Assembly (NCBI GenBank): GCA_963821425.1
Contig: CAWGDS010000002.1
Coordinates: 115,775 to 179,774, forward strand
Reading direction: 5' to 3'
Source of the DNA: an uncultured Solirubrobacteraceae bacterium
Lineage (GTDB): Bacteria; Actinomycetota; Thermoleophilia; Solirubrobacterales; Solirubrobacteraceae
DNA length: 64,000 bases
Shown: in pieces, positions 8,087 to 16,338 of the stretch
Layout of the letters: every line of letters begins with the position of its first letter
How positions within the stretch are numbered: the stretch's first letter is position 1
The notes under the pieces: generated by a model
The model's database searches: none
Seen by the model: only the letters and a program-made list of their open reading frames with translations
What the model was told of the DNA's origin: nothing
Translations under genes and position numbers: made by a program

Positions 8087-8910
8087 CGACGCACCGCCAC
8101 GTGATCGCCGTCGGCGGACTCCTCCGCCTGTGCGGGCCCGGCCTCCAGTGGTCGGTCGTGCGGCACGCCGACACCGGCCGCGGCCGGCTGCGCTCCGCGC
8201 AGGCTCTTGGCCATCGCCCAGGCGCACAGCAGGACCGCGGGGATGATCACCAGCAGCGCCGCCTCGCCACCGGGCCATGCGGCGCCGGCGCCCTCACCGC
8301 TCCAGAACATTCCGAACGAGGTGAGCATCACACCCACGAGCAGCTTGAGGGTGTTCTCCGGGACGCGGGCGAGCGGCGCCCTGACGGCCGCCCCGATCGC
8401 GATCACGACCACCACGGCCACGGCGGCGGCGCCCGCGGCGAGGCCCAGGCGATTCTGGTTGGCGCCCACGGTGAGCACGATGAAGGCGACCTCCAGGCCC
8501 TCGAGCAGCACCCCCTTGAAGCAGACCGTGAAGGCGTATCCGTCGAACGACGCGGTGGTCGGCGTGTGTGCCCGCGCTGCAGCGGACTCCTCCTCGAAGG
8601 CGAGCAGCTCGTCGTGCATGTCCTTCAGGCCCGCCCAGCGCAGGACCGCCTTGCGCAGCCACTGCAGCCCGAAGATCAACAGCAGGCCCCCGATCAGGAC
8701 GCGCAACGTGTCCAGCGGCAGCGAAGTGAGTGCCGGCCCGAGGCCGGCCACGAGCACGGCCAGCGCGAGCACGGCGGCTCCTGCGCCCGCCAGCGCCGAG
8801 CGCCAGCCCCGCGTGGTCCCCAGTGCGAGCACGATCGTCAACGCCTCCACCGCCTCCACGGCACAGGCCAGGAAGACGGAGATCGCGACGCCGAGCTCCG
8901 CTCCACTCAC
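8083..8910 (-). CDS. Multi-pass integral membrane protein (COG4280-like, putative transporter)
   Basis: GTG start at comp(8908-8910) overlaps the lgt stop as GTGA. The product is hydrophobic with two repeated LxxxVEAVEAL / LLEGLEVAFIVL-type acidic helix motifs. The 517-aa track ORF is a read-through across lgt in another frame. Confidence 0.6.
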   Translation of the reverse strand: MSGAELGVAISVFLACAVEAVEALTIVLALGTTRGWRSALAGAGAAVLALAVLVAGLGPALTSLPLDTLRVLIGGLLLIFGLQWLRKAVLRWAGLKDMHDELLAFEEESAAARAHTPTTASFDGYAFTVCFKGVLLEGLEVAFIVLTVGANQNRLGLAAGAAAVAVVVVIAIGAAVRAPLARVPENTLKLLVGVMLTSFGMFWSGEGAGAAWPGGEAALLVIIPAVLLCAWAMAKSLRGAQPAAAGVGVPHDRPLEAGPAQAEESADGDHVAVRR

Positions 8911-9758
8911 GGCGGCGCCACCGTCGCCCTCGGCGCGGCCTGCTGGGCGGCCGTATCCGGTGTCGGGCTGTCGGGCGCGCCCCGGCGCTGGGTGAAGATG
9001 AACCAGATCGCACCGGAGAGCGTCAGCAGGCACGCGACCCAAAAGTTCAGACGCTCGCCGAGGATGTAGTGGGAGGGGTCCACGCGCAGGGACTCCTCGA
9101 AGATCCGGAACGCCGAATAGCCGGTCACGTACAGGGCGAAGATCCCGGGCGGGCGGATCCTCCCCCGCAGCACCAGCCCGGACAGCACCGCCGCGAGCGT
9201 GAGGTCCCAGATCAGCTCGTACAGGAACGTCGGATGGAAGGTCGAGTAGGCCAGGTATCGCGCGGGGCGGTGGGCGGCTTCGATTTCCAGGCCCCAGGGC
9301 AGGGTCGTGGGACCCCCGAACAGCTCCTGGTTGAAGTAGTTGCCGATCCGACCGAACGCCTGCGCGGCGAGGATGCCCGGGGCGGCCGCGTCGAGGAAGC
9401 TCGGAATGTGGATCTTGGCTTTGCGGAGCGGGATCATGCCGCCGAGGACACCGCACACGATCCCGCCCCAGATACCGAGACCTCCTTCCCACACGGCCAG
9501 CCAGCCGTACCAGTTGTGGGGGACTTCGTTCCAGCTGGTGATGTCGTGGTAGAGGCGCCCGCCCAGGATCCCGAACGGCACTCCCCACAGCGCGACCGTC
9601 AGCACCAGGTCGGGGTCGCCGCCCTTGGCCCGCCACAGCCGCCGCGCGATCATCACCGCGGCGGTGATGCCGACGACGTAGCAGAGCCCGTAGAAGTGCA
9701 CGAACAGGGGGCCGATGTGGAACCCGTTGCTCGACGGGCTGGGGATGAAGGCCGACAT
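8907..9758 (-). CDS. lgt: Prolipoprotein diacylglyceryl transferase
   Basis: Motifs GPLFVHFYGLCYVVGI, GILGGRLYH, GLGIWGGIVCGVLGG and AQAFGRIGNYFNQELFGGPT are characteristic of Lgt. Confidence 0.9.
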   Translation of the reverse strand: MSAFIPSPSSNGFHIGPLFVHFYGLCYVVGITAAVMIARRLWRAKGGDPDLVLTVALWGVPFGILGGRLYHDITSWNEVPHNWYGWLAVWEGGLGIWGGIVCGVLGGMIPLRKAKIHIPSFLDAAAPGILAAQAFGRIGNYFNQELFGGPTTLPWGLEIEAAHRPARYLAYSTFHPTFLYELIWDLTLAAVLSGLVLRGRIRPPGIFALYVTGYSAFRIFEESLRVDPSHYILGERLNFWVACLLTLSGAIWFIFTQRRGAPDSPTPDTAAQQAAPRATVAPP

Positions 9759-9862
9759 CGCTACAGCGCCAGGCTAGAGCAGGGGCCGAACGTCCCGCGG
9801 CGGGCGGGTGGGCGCTCCCGGGCGGTGCTCGAGCGAGGGGCGCAGGCCTCGGCGGACGTGCT

Positions 9863-10885
9863 CTAACCCCCGTAGGAGCCCGGCGCGGGGGGGTCCGCGC
9901 GGGTGTCTTCGATCAGCGCCAGCAGCTGGGGACCGCTGGTTCCCCCGAGCACCCTCAACCGGTGCGCCCGGTAAGCGTCTTCTGTGCGGTGGGCCCATCC
10001 CGGTACGACGGTGGTGGAGCCGCTGTAGCCGGCCGCCTTGACCGCCGCGATCACCGCCGCGTCGTAGTGGCCCGAGGGGTAGCAGAACCAGTTCACCGGC
10101 ACGTGGTAGCGCCGGCGCAGCTGTTCGCGGGGTTCCTGTACCTGTTCACGCAGCGCCGCGGGGCCGAGCGTGATCAGGTCGGCGTGGCTGAGGCCCTGGG
10201 TATCGAGCTCCCACCCGGCGGCGATCAGTCCCTGGATTTCGGTGCTGCTGAGCCCTCCCTGGGAAGGCGGCAGGCCCGTCAACTGGATGTTCTCGTCGCC
10301 CACCCAGCCGAGGTTCCTCAGCACCGGCAGCGCCTGCGAGTACTGGGAGTGGTAGCCGTTGTCGAAGCTCACCACGACCGGCTTGGCGCCCAGCGGGGCG
10401 CCGTCGCGCCAGTTGGCCGCCAGCTGATCGAGCGTGACGGCATGCCAGCCGGCCGCCGCCAGCGCGTGCATCTGTTCGCTGAACTCGCTCGGAGGGACAT
10501 ACAGGCCGGGGAACGGCGCTCCCGCCGGCGGGGGCGCGATCACGTGGTACATCAGCACCGGCACGGAGGCGTTGCCGGGGTGCCCGCTGGCGTGCCCGGC
10601 GACGGTGGAGGTCCCGCCAGCGTGGGACGCGCCAGCCCCGCCGCCGCCGGCGCTCGCCCGGCCAGGACCGCGTGTGCCGGAGGCCCCTGCCCTGGCGCCG
10701 TCAGCGCCCGTCGGCGAGCCACCGCTGCCCGAGCTCCCGCCGCCCGAGCCCAGCGCCACCGCGACCACCGCCGCCACCGCCACCACCGCCGCGGCGACGA
10801 TCAGCAGCCGCCGGCGCCGGGTTCGGGTGCGGCGGTTGTCCTGGCGGCGCTCCCGCAGGGTGTCGGCGTCGAGCGGCTCGTGCAC
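9863..10885 (-). CDS. Membrane-anchored polysaccharide deacetylase family protein
   Basis: An N-terminal Arg-rich tail and a TM helix are followed by VPVLMYHVI, VVVSFDNGYHSQY and NWFCYPSGHYD. Confidence 0.75.
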   Translation of the reverse strand: MHEPLDADTLRERRQDNRRTRTRRRRLLIVAAAVVAVAAVVAVALGSGGGSSGSGGSPTGADGARAGASGTRGPGRASAGGGGAGASHAGGTSTVAGHASGHPGNASVPVLMYHVIAPPPAGAPFPGLYVPPSEFSEQMHALAAAGWHAVTLDQLAANWRDGAPLGAKPVVVSFDNGYHSQYSQALPVLRNLGWVGDENIQLTGLPPSQGGLSSTEIQGLIAAGWELDTQGLSHADLITLGPAALREQVQEPREQLRRRYHVPVNWFCYPSGHYDAAVIAAVKAAGYSGSTTVVPGWAHRTEDAYRAHRLRVLGGTSGPQLLALIEDTRADPPAPGSYGG

Positions 10886-10886
10886 G

Positions 10887-11870
10887 TCAGTCGCCGGCCA
10901 GGCTGGTGGGCAGCGGCTGGCCGGGAGCGGGAGGATCGTCGGCCAGCAGCTGCGGGACCGTCACCGGCTTGAGTCCTTTCGCGCGCAGTTCGCGGATGAT
11001 GATCGGGAGCGCTTCGACGGTCTCGGTACGGGTGCCCCCGGCGTCGTGCATCAGGATGATCGCGCCGGGGCGGGCGCCCGCCAGCGCGGTGTGGACGATC
11101 GCCGCCACCCCCGGCTGCTGGTAGTCGTCGGTGTCCACCGACCACAGCACCATCAGCATGTGCAGCCGCTGCAGCTGGGCCATGGTGGTCGCGTTGAACG
11201 ACCCGTAGGGTGGACGGAAGAGGTCCGGGCGCGGCGCACCCTGCAGTTCCACCCGGGCCGCCTGTTCGAACAGCTCTTCGTACTGTTCGTGTGCCGGCAG
11301 CTGGGCCATCGGTGGATGGGTCTCGGTGTGGTCGCCCAGCACGTCCCCGTCGCGTACCTCCCGCTTGGCCGATTCGCCGAAGTACTGCAGCATGCGTCCG
11401 ATGATGAAGAACGTGGCGTGCACCCCGTAGCGCTCCAGCACGCTCAGCACGGCGGGCGTATACGGGCCCGGCCCGTCGTCGAAGGTGAGCGCCACCTCGG
11501 GCTTGCGGGCGGTGCCTTCTTTGATGAAGGGCGTGTAGGCGAGCACCGACGCGACGGCCGCCTGTTTGTCGTTTTCGGGTAGCGGGGTGGGGGCGGCATG
11601 CGCCTTCAGTGCCGACGAGGCAGTCGGCGCGCGGCTGTGCTTGGAGGTCGACCCGTGACCCTGGGACAGGGTCAGCGCGAGGACCACCACCAGCGCCACG
11701 GCGACGGCCACCGCCACCGCACGGCGGCGGCGGATGTGGACGCGGTGCCCTGTGCCCTCGTGCTCGCCGGGCGGCTCGCTCGGCGGCGGCGGCCCGGCGG
11801 GTCGAGTGGCCGTGGAGGACACCCGGGCCCGCTCGTCGTCCTCGAAGTCCCAGTGCCAGCGGTCTGCCAC
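10887..11870 (-). CDS. Membrane-anchored polysaccharide deacetylase (NodB homology domain)
   Basis: Motifs VALTFDDGPGPYT, ATFFIIG, GDHTETHP, FRPPYGSFN and AIILMHD. Confidence 0.8.
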   Translation of the reverse strand: MADRWHWDFEDDERARVSSTATRPAGPPPPSEPPGEHEGTGHRVHIRRRRAVAVAVAVALVVVLALTLSQGHGSTSKHSRAPTASSALKAHAAPTPLPENDKQAAVASVLAYTPFIKEGTARKPEVALTFDDGPGPYTPAVLSVLERYGVHATFFIIGRMLQYFGESAKREVRDGDVLGDHTETHPPMAQLPAHEQYEELFEQAARVELQGAPRPDLFRPPYGSFNATTMAQLQRLHMLMVLWSVDTDDYQQPGVAAIVHTALAGARPGAIILMHDAGGTRTETVEALPIIIRELRAKGLKPVTVPQLLADDPPAPGQPLPTSLAGD

Positions 11871-11905
11871 TGCGAGCAGATGCTAGAGGGCGCCCAGCGG
11901 GAGGT

Positions 11906-12994
11906 TCACACCACGCTGACGGGCCCGTGCGCGGCGATCGTCACCGGCGCCCCGGCGGGGAGAGCCGACTCGCCGTGTACCCGGGCCAGCAGCACCGTCA
12001 CGCGGGGGTCCTCGGGACGGATCCGCAGCAGCGCGTCGTGACCGTAGTAGCGGCACTCCTCGACGCGGCCCTCCAGGCGGCCGCCGGGTCCGCCACCGCC
12101 ACCGGTGTCGCCGGACGAGCTGCCGGCGGAGGGCTCGGCGCGGAGATGGACCTCGAGCTGCTCGGGGCGCACCATCACGAGCGTCGCGCCGGCCTGCCTC
12201 GAGGCCTCCTGACCGCCGCGCAGCGGCAACGGACCCAGCGGCGTGCGCGCGGTGGCTCCCTCGATCTCGGCGTCGATCAGGTTCACGGCTCCGAGGAAGC
12301 TCGCCAGCTCGTGGTCCACGGGCGCCTCGTAGAGCTCGCTCGGAACGTCGTGCTGGACGATCTGCCCGCCCCGCAGCACAGCGACAGAGTCCGCCAGCGA
12401 GAGCGCCTCCTCCTGGTCGTGGGTCACGAGCACGGTCGTGGCTCCCTGCTCGCGCAGCAGCTGATGGACCTCCTCGCGCACCGTCCCCCGCAGGCTGGCG
12501 TCCAGCGAGGAGAACGGCTCGTCGAGCAGCAGCACGTGAGGCTTGCGCGCCAGCGCCCTTGCCAGTGCCACGCGTTGCTGCTCGCCGCCCGAGAGCTCGT
12601 GGGGGAGGCGCTTGGCGAGCGCGGCGATGCCGACCATCTCCAGCAGGCCCGACACGACCGCTCCGCGGCGCTCGCGGCGGGGCAGCCCGAAGCCGACATT
12701 CGCCTCGACCGACAGGTGGGGGAACAGGGCCCCCTCCTGGGGGACGTATCCGATCCCCCGCTTCTCGGGTGCGATGTTGACGTGCTCGTTCTCGAGCGTC
12801 CGGCCGCCGAGCACCACCTCGCCGTGCTCGGCGCGCTCGAAGCCGGCGATCACCCGTAGCAGCGTGGTCTTGCCGCAGCCGGAGGGGCCGAGGACGGCGG
12901 TCAGCGTCCCGGGCTCCACGACCAGGTCGAGCCCGCGCAGCACGGGGCGCTCCTCGTAGCTCTTCCACAGGTCCTGGATCCGGAGCTGGCTCAT
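11906..12994 (-). CDS. ABC transporter ATP-binding protein (ferric/polyamine importer type)
   Basis: MSQLRIQDLWKSYEERPVLRGLDLVVEPGTLTAVLGPSGCGKTTLL (Walker A), LSGGEQQRVALARAL (signature) and LLLDEPFSSLD (Walker B). The ATG overlaps the permease stop as ATGA. The upstream part of the 585-aa track ORF is out-of-frame permease sequence. Confidence 0.85.
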   Translation of the reverse strand: MSQLRIQDLWKSYEERPVLRGLDLVVEPGTLTAVLGPSGCGKTTLLRVIAGFERAEHGEVVLGGRTLENEHVNIAPEKRGIGYVPQEGALFPHLSVEANVGFGLPRRERRGAVVSGLLEMVGIAALAKRLPHELSGGEQQRVALARALARKPHVLLLDEPFSSLDASLRGTVREEVHQLLREQGATTVLVTHDQEEALSLADSVAVLRGGQIVQHDVPSELYEAPVDHELASFLGAVNLIDAEIEGATARTPLGPLPLRGGQEASRQAGATLVMVRPEQLEVHLRAEPSAGSSSGDTGGGGGPGGRLEGRVEECRYYGHDALLRIRPEDPRVTVLLARVHGESALPAGAPVTIAAHGPVSVV

Positions 12995-14580
12995 CGCGTC
13001 CTCTGCGCCGGGGCGCCGCGGCTGACGCGACGGCTGATCAGGTAGGCGGGTACGGCCGAGACCGCCACCATCATGGCCGCGTACGGCGCCGCCGAGCCGT
13101 AGGAGAGTTCGGCCGTGTACGCCCAGAAGCGGGTGGCGAGCGTGTTCACGCCGGTGGGACGCAGCAGCAGGGTGGCCGTCAACTCGGTTGCCGAGGATAT
13201 GAACACGAGCGCGAACGCCACCGCCAGGCCCGGGGCGATCAGGGGCAGCGTCACGCGGCGCCACACCGCTGCCCGGCCGGCGCCGAGCGAGCGCCCGACC
13301 TCCTCCAGGCGCTCGGGCGCCTCGCCCATCGCCGAGCGCACGCCGACCACCGCCAGGGGCAGGAACAGGATCGCGTAGGCGACCACCAGCTCCAGCGTGC
13401 TCTGGTAGAGGGCAAAGGCGTGGTTGATCGTGAACGACACGAGCCCGAGCGCGACCACCACTCCCGGCAGCGCCATCGGTAGGTAGCTGAGCCGCTCCAG
13501 CAGCACCGTGAAGCGGTTGCGGTGGCGCGTGACGAGCATCACGACCGGCACCGCGAGCGCCGTCGCCAGTGCCGCCGCGGCCGCGCTGTAGGCGGCGGTG
13601 TGACCGATCGCCGAGCCGACCGAGATGGCGGGCAGGGTGCTCGTCCCTCCCTGGATCAGCCAATACACGAGCGCGCCGCCCGGAACGCCGAGTGCGAGCG
13701 CCGCCACGGTCGCCAGGCCGGCCAGCGGAAGTGCGGTCAGCCGGCCCAGCCGCACCCTCGGTGCCGGCCTGCGCGGGCCACGGGTGCTGCGGCGCGCCTG
13801 TGCCGGCCCGCTGAGCGCCAGCTCACCACCCAGCACCGCGATGCTGATGACCACCAGCACCAGCGCCAGCACACACGCCGCGGCTGTGTCGAAGCCGAGC
13901 TGGAACTGGGTGAAGATCGCCACCGTGAAGGTGCGGTACTCGACGATTTCAAACGCGCCGTACTCCGCCAGCAGCGCCAGCGCCACCAGCAGGCAGCCCC
14001 CGAGCAGCGCTGGGCGGATCTGGCGCAGTGTGACCCTGGTGAAGGTGCGCCACGGTCCCATCCCGAGGCTCCTGGCCGCCTCCTCGAGGGTTCCGTCGAG
14101 GTGCCTCAGGGCGCTCGCCACCGGCAGGTACACGAGCGGGTACAGCGACAGCGTCATGATCATTACCGCCGCCGGGTAGCCGCGCAGGCCGGGCGCGATC
14201 GAGACCCACCCGAAGCCGATCACGAAGTCGGGGATCCCGAGCGGGAGCACCAGCAGCACGGCCCATAGTCCGCGGGCGGGCAGAGTGGTTCGCTCCACGC
14301 ACCACGCCGCCGCCACCCCGAGCACGGCACACAGCAGCGTGCACGCGACTGCCAGCCGGGCGGTGTTCCACAGCAGCACCCCGACCGTGTGGCGAAGCAG
14401 CAGCCGCCGGACCTCGCCGAGACCCGGGTGGAGGGCTTCCACGACCAGGAACACGAGCGGCAGCAACACCAGCCCGGCGGCGATCAGCGCGCCGGCGAGC
14501 GTCCCCAGCGGCCAGCGCCCGCGCGCGGACCACGAGCGGGCCAGGCTTGGCGGACGGGACTCGGTTGCGGTTGCGCTCAC
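12991..14580 (-). CDS. ABC transporter permease, fused two-domain (FbpB-like)
   Basis: 529 aa and highly hydrophobic, with a duplicated permease core. It sits between the binding-protein and ATPase genes. Confidence 0.8.
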   Translation of the reverse strand: MSATATESRPPSLARSWSARGRWPLGTLAGALIAAGLVLLPLVFLVVEALHPGLGEVRRLLLRHTVGVLLWNTARLAVACTLLCAVLGVAAAWCVERTTLPARGLWAVLLVLPLGIPDFVIGFGWVSIAPGLRGYPAAVMIMTLSLYPLVYLPVASALRHLDGTLEEAARSLGMGPWRTFTRVTLRQIRPALLGGCLLVALALLAEYGAFEIVEYRTFTVAIFTQFQLGFDTAAACVLALVLVVISIAVLGGELALSGPAQARRSTRGPRRPAPRVRLGRLTALPLAGLATVAALALGVPGGALVYWLIQGGTSTLPAISVGSAIGHTAAYSAAAAALATALAVPVVMLVTRHRNRFTVLLERLSYLPMALPGVVVALGLVSFTINHAFALYQSTLELVVAYAILFLPLAVVGVRSAMGEAPERLEEVGRSLGAGRAAVWRRVTLPLIAPGLAVAFALVFISSATELTATLLLRPTGVNTLATRFWAYTAELSYGSAAPYAAMMVAVSAVPAYLISRRVSRGAPAQRTR

Positions 14581-14589
14581 GACGCCTGC

Positions 14590-15663
14590 CTAGAGGAGTC
14601 CAACCTTCTGCTCCAGCGCGAGGGCTTCGCTGCCGTCGCCGAGCTCGGAGGGGGTCAGCGACGCGGGCTGGAGTTCCGAGAAAGGCCGCAGACCGGCCGG
14701 CGGCGTCACCCCGGGGCGCAGGGGATACTCGTAGCTGTCGCTGCGGGCGAGGACTTCCTGCCCTTCCCGGCTGACGAGGAATTCGAGGAAGCGTTGCGCC
14801 GCGGCCTTGTGGTGGCTCGACTTCAGCACCGCGGCCCCGGAGACGTTGACCAGGTAGCCCGGATCTCCGGGGGCGTAGTAGTGCAGGGCGGAGGACATGT
14901 GCCCGCCTTCCGCGCGTCGCAGGCGGTACCAGTAGTAGTGGTTGATCGGTCCCAGCGCGCTCTGCCCGGAGTTCACCTCCGCGGTGATGGTCTCGTTGTC
15001 CGGTAGCTGGCGCCCGTTTTCCTTCAGTCCCTCCAGCCAGGTTTCGGCGGCCGGCCTGCCCTTGAACTTGACGATCGAGGTGACCAGCGGCTGGAAGTCC
15101 GTCTCAGATGGGGCGAAGGCGAGCTTGCCCCTGTAACGCGCGTCCGCGAGTTCGAGGATCGAGCTGGGTAGCTGCGACGGCTTCAGCTGGGAGGTGTTGT
15201 AGACCAGCACCGACACGCGTCCGGAGACCCCCACCCAAATGCCCTGCGCGGAGTTGTAGCGCGCGGGGATGGAGCTCAGCGCGGCCGGCGCGGCAGCGGC
15301 CAGCAGCCCGTGCTCGCGTAGCGCTTCCAGCGGCGGGGTGTTCTCGGTGTAGATGACGTCGGCCGGGGAGTTGGAGCCCTCCTGGATGATCTGGTTGGCC
15401 AGCGTCGCCTCGTCGTCGCTGCGCACGGCGGTCGTGATCCCCGTCTTGCGTTCGAAGGCCTTCACCAGCGCGGCCGTCGTCTGTTCGTGCTGGCCGTTGT
15501 AGACCGTCAACGCCCCGCTGCCCGAGCTCGAGCTGCAGGCGGAGATCGCCGGCAGGAAGCACAGCGCCGCCATGATCGCCAACGCGATCCGAGGCCGGGT
15601 CAGCGGGCGAGGAGCGGTCCGGGGGAGGGCTCTGGGGCGGGCCGTCTTCAAATCCGATCTCAT
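14590..15663 (-). CDS. ABC transporter substrate-binding lipoprotein (ferric-iron-binding type)
   Basis: Start taken at ATG comp(15661-15663). Lipobox LPAISACSSSSG. Extracellular solute-binding family 1 features (LTVYNGQHEQ, DVIYTEN). Confidence 0.75.
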   Translation of the reverse strand: MRSDLKTARPRALPRTAPRPLTRPRIALAIMAALCFLPAISACSSSSGSGALTVYNGQHEQTTAALVKAFERKTGITTAVRSDDEATLANQIIQEGSNSPADVIYTENTPPLEALREHGLLAAAAPAALSSIPARYNSAQGIWVGVSGRVSVLVYNTSQLKPSQLPSSILELADARYRGKLAFAPSETDFQPLVTSIVKFKGRPAAETWLEGLKENGRQLPDNETITAEVNSGQSALGPINHYYWYRLRRAEGGHMSSALHYYAPGDPGYLVNVSGAAVLKSSHHKAAAQRFLEFLVSREGQEVLARSDSYEYPLRPGVTPPAGLRPFSELQPASLTPSELGDGSEALALEQKVGLL

Positions 15664-15697
15664 AGGTCGGGATGGGCCGGTCCACGGTACCACAGGA

Positions 15698-15713
15698 GTT
15701 AGGGTGCCCTAAC
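15698..15713. promoter_or_regulatory. Palindrome GTTAGGG-tg-CCCTAAC in the divergent ABC/Rrf2 intergenic region (candidate operator)
   Basis: Perfect 7-bp arms 2 nt apart, inside the 97-bp gap between the divergent starts at 15663 and 15761. Confidence 0.3.
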
Positions 15714-15760
15714 ACGGTGTCGTGCGGCCCCCGGCCGCCCTATGCGGAACAATCTCCCCA

Positions 15761-16213
15761 ATGCACGTGACCGCCAAGGCCGATTACGCCGTACGGGCGG
15801 TCATCGAGCTGGCCGACAGCTCCCAGGACGCGCCCCGCAAGGTGGACGACATCGCCACCGCACAGAGGATCCCCGTTTCCTTCCTGGAGAACATCCTCAC
15901 CCAGCTGCGCTCCGCGGGCGTGGTCCGCAGCCAGCGGGGACCCGAGGGCGGCTACTGGCTGGCCCGCCCCGCCGAGGAGGTCAACCTCGCACAGGTGATC
16001 CGCGCCGTCGAGGGTCCGCTGGTGGGCATCCGCGGCCAGCGGCCCGAAGAGATCGAGTACGTCGGCTCCTCCGAGGCACTGCGCGACGTGTGGATCGCGC
16101 TGCGGGCGAACCTGCGCAAAGTGCTCGAGAAGGTCACGGTCGCCGACGTCGCCGAGGGCAAGCTGCCAAAGGACGTGGTGGCCCTCACCCGCCGCGAGGA
16201 GGCATGGCGGTAG
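15761..16213 (+). CDS. Rrf2 family transcriptional regulator (no cysteines)
   Basis: MHVTAKADYAVRAVIELA...IATAQRIPVSFLENILTQLRSAGVVRSQRGPEGGYWLARP is the canonical Rrf2 wHTH. The product contains no Cys. Confidence 0.85.
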   Translation: MHVTAKADYAVRAVIELADSSQDAPRKVDDIATAQRIPVSFLENILTQLRSAGVVRSQRGPEGGYWLARPAEEVNLAQVIRAVEGPLVGIRGQRPEEIEYVGSSEALRDVWIALRANLRKVLEKVTVADVAEGKLPKDVVALTRREEAWR

Positions 16214-16256
16214 CGCTGGACGGGTAATGGGGTGGCAACCGCGGTGTCGGGGTAAG

Positions 16257-16310
16257 TTGACATCGCGGGCTGATTTGTCCGTTAGATTGACAGCAGTCGG
16301 TACTCTGTCA
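16257..16310 (+). promoter_or_regulatory. Candidate promoter (TTGACA 16257-16262) plus inverted repeat TGACAG-N11-CTGTCA (16288-16310)
   Basis: Seen directly upstream of the acyl-CoA dehydrogenase gene. AAGGAG (16327-16332) precedes the ATG at 16339. Confidence 0.25.
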
Positions 16311-16338
16311 CGAGGCCAGCCAACCCAAGGAGCACTCG

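Noticed and set aside
8083-9636. 517-aa ORF taken as one gene
   Set aside because: The upstream 240 codons are an out-of-frame read across lgt. The real product starts at the GTG at comp(8908-8910), coupled to the lgt stop.
11906-13663. 585-aa ORF taken as one ABC protein
   Set aside because: The N-terminal 220 residues are an out-of-frame permease region. The ATPase begins at MSQLRIQDLW (ATG at comp 12992-12994).
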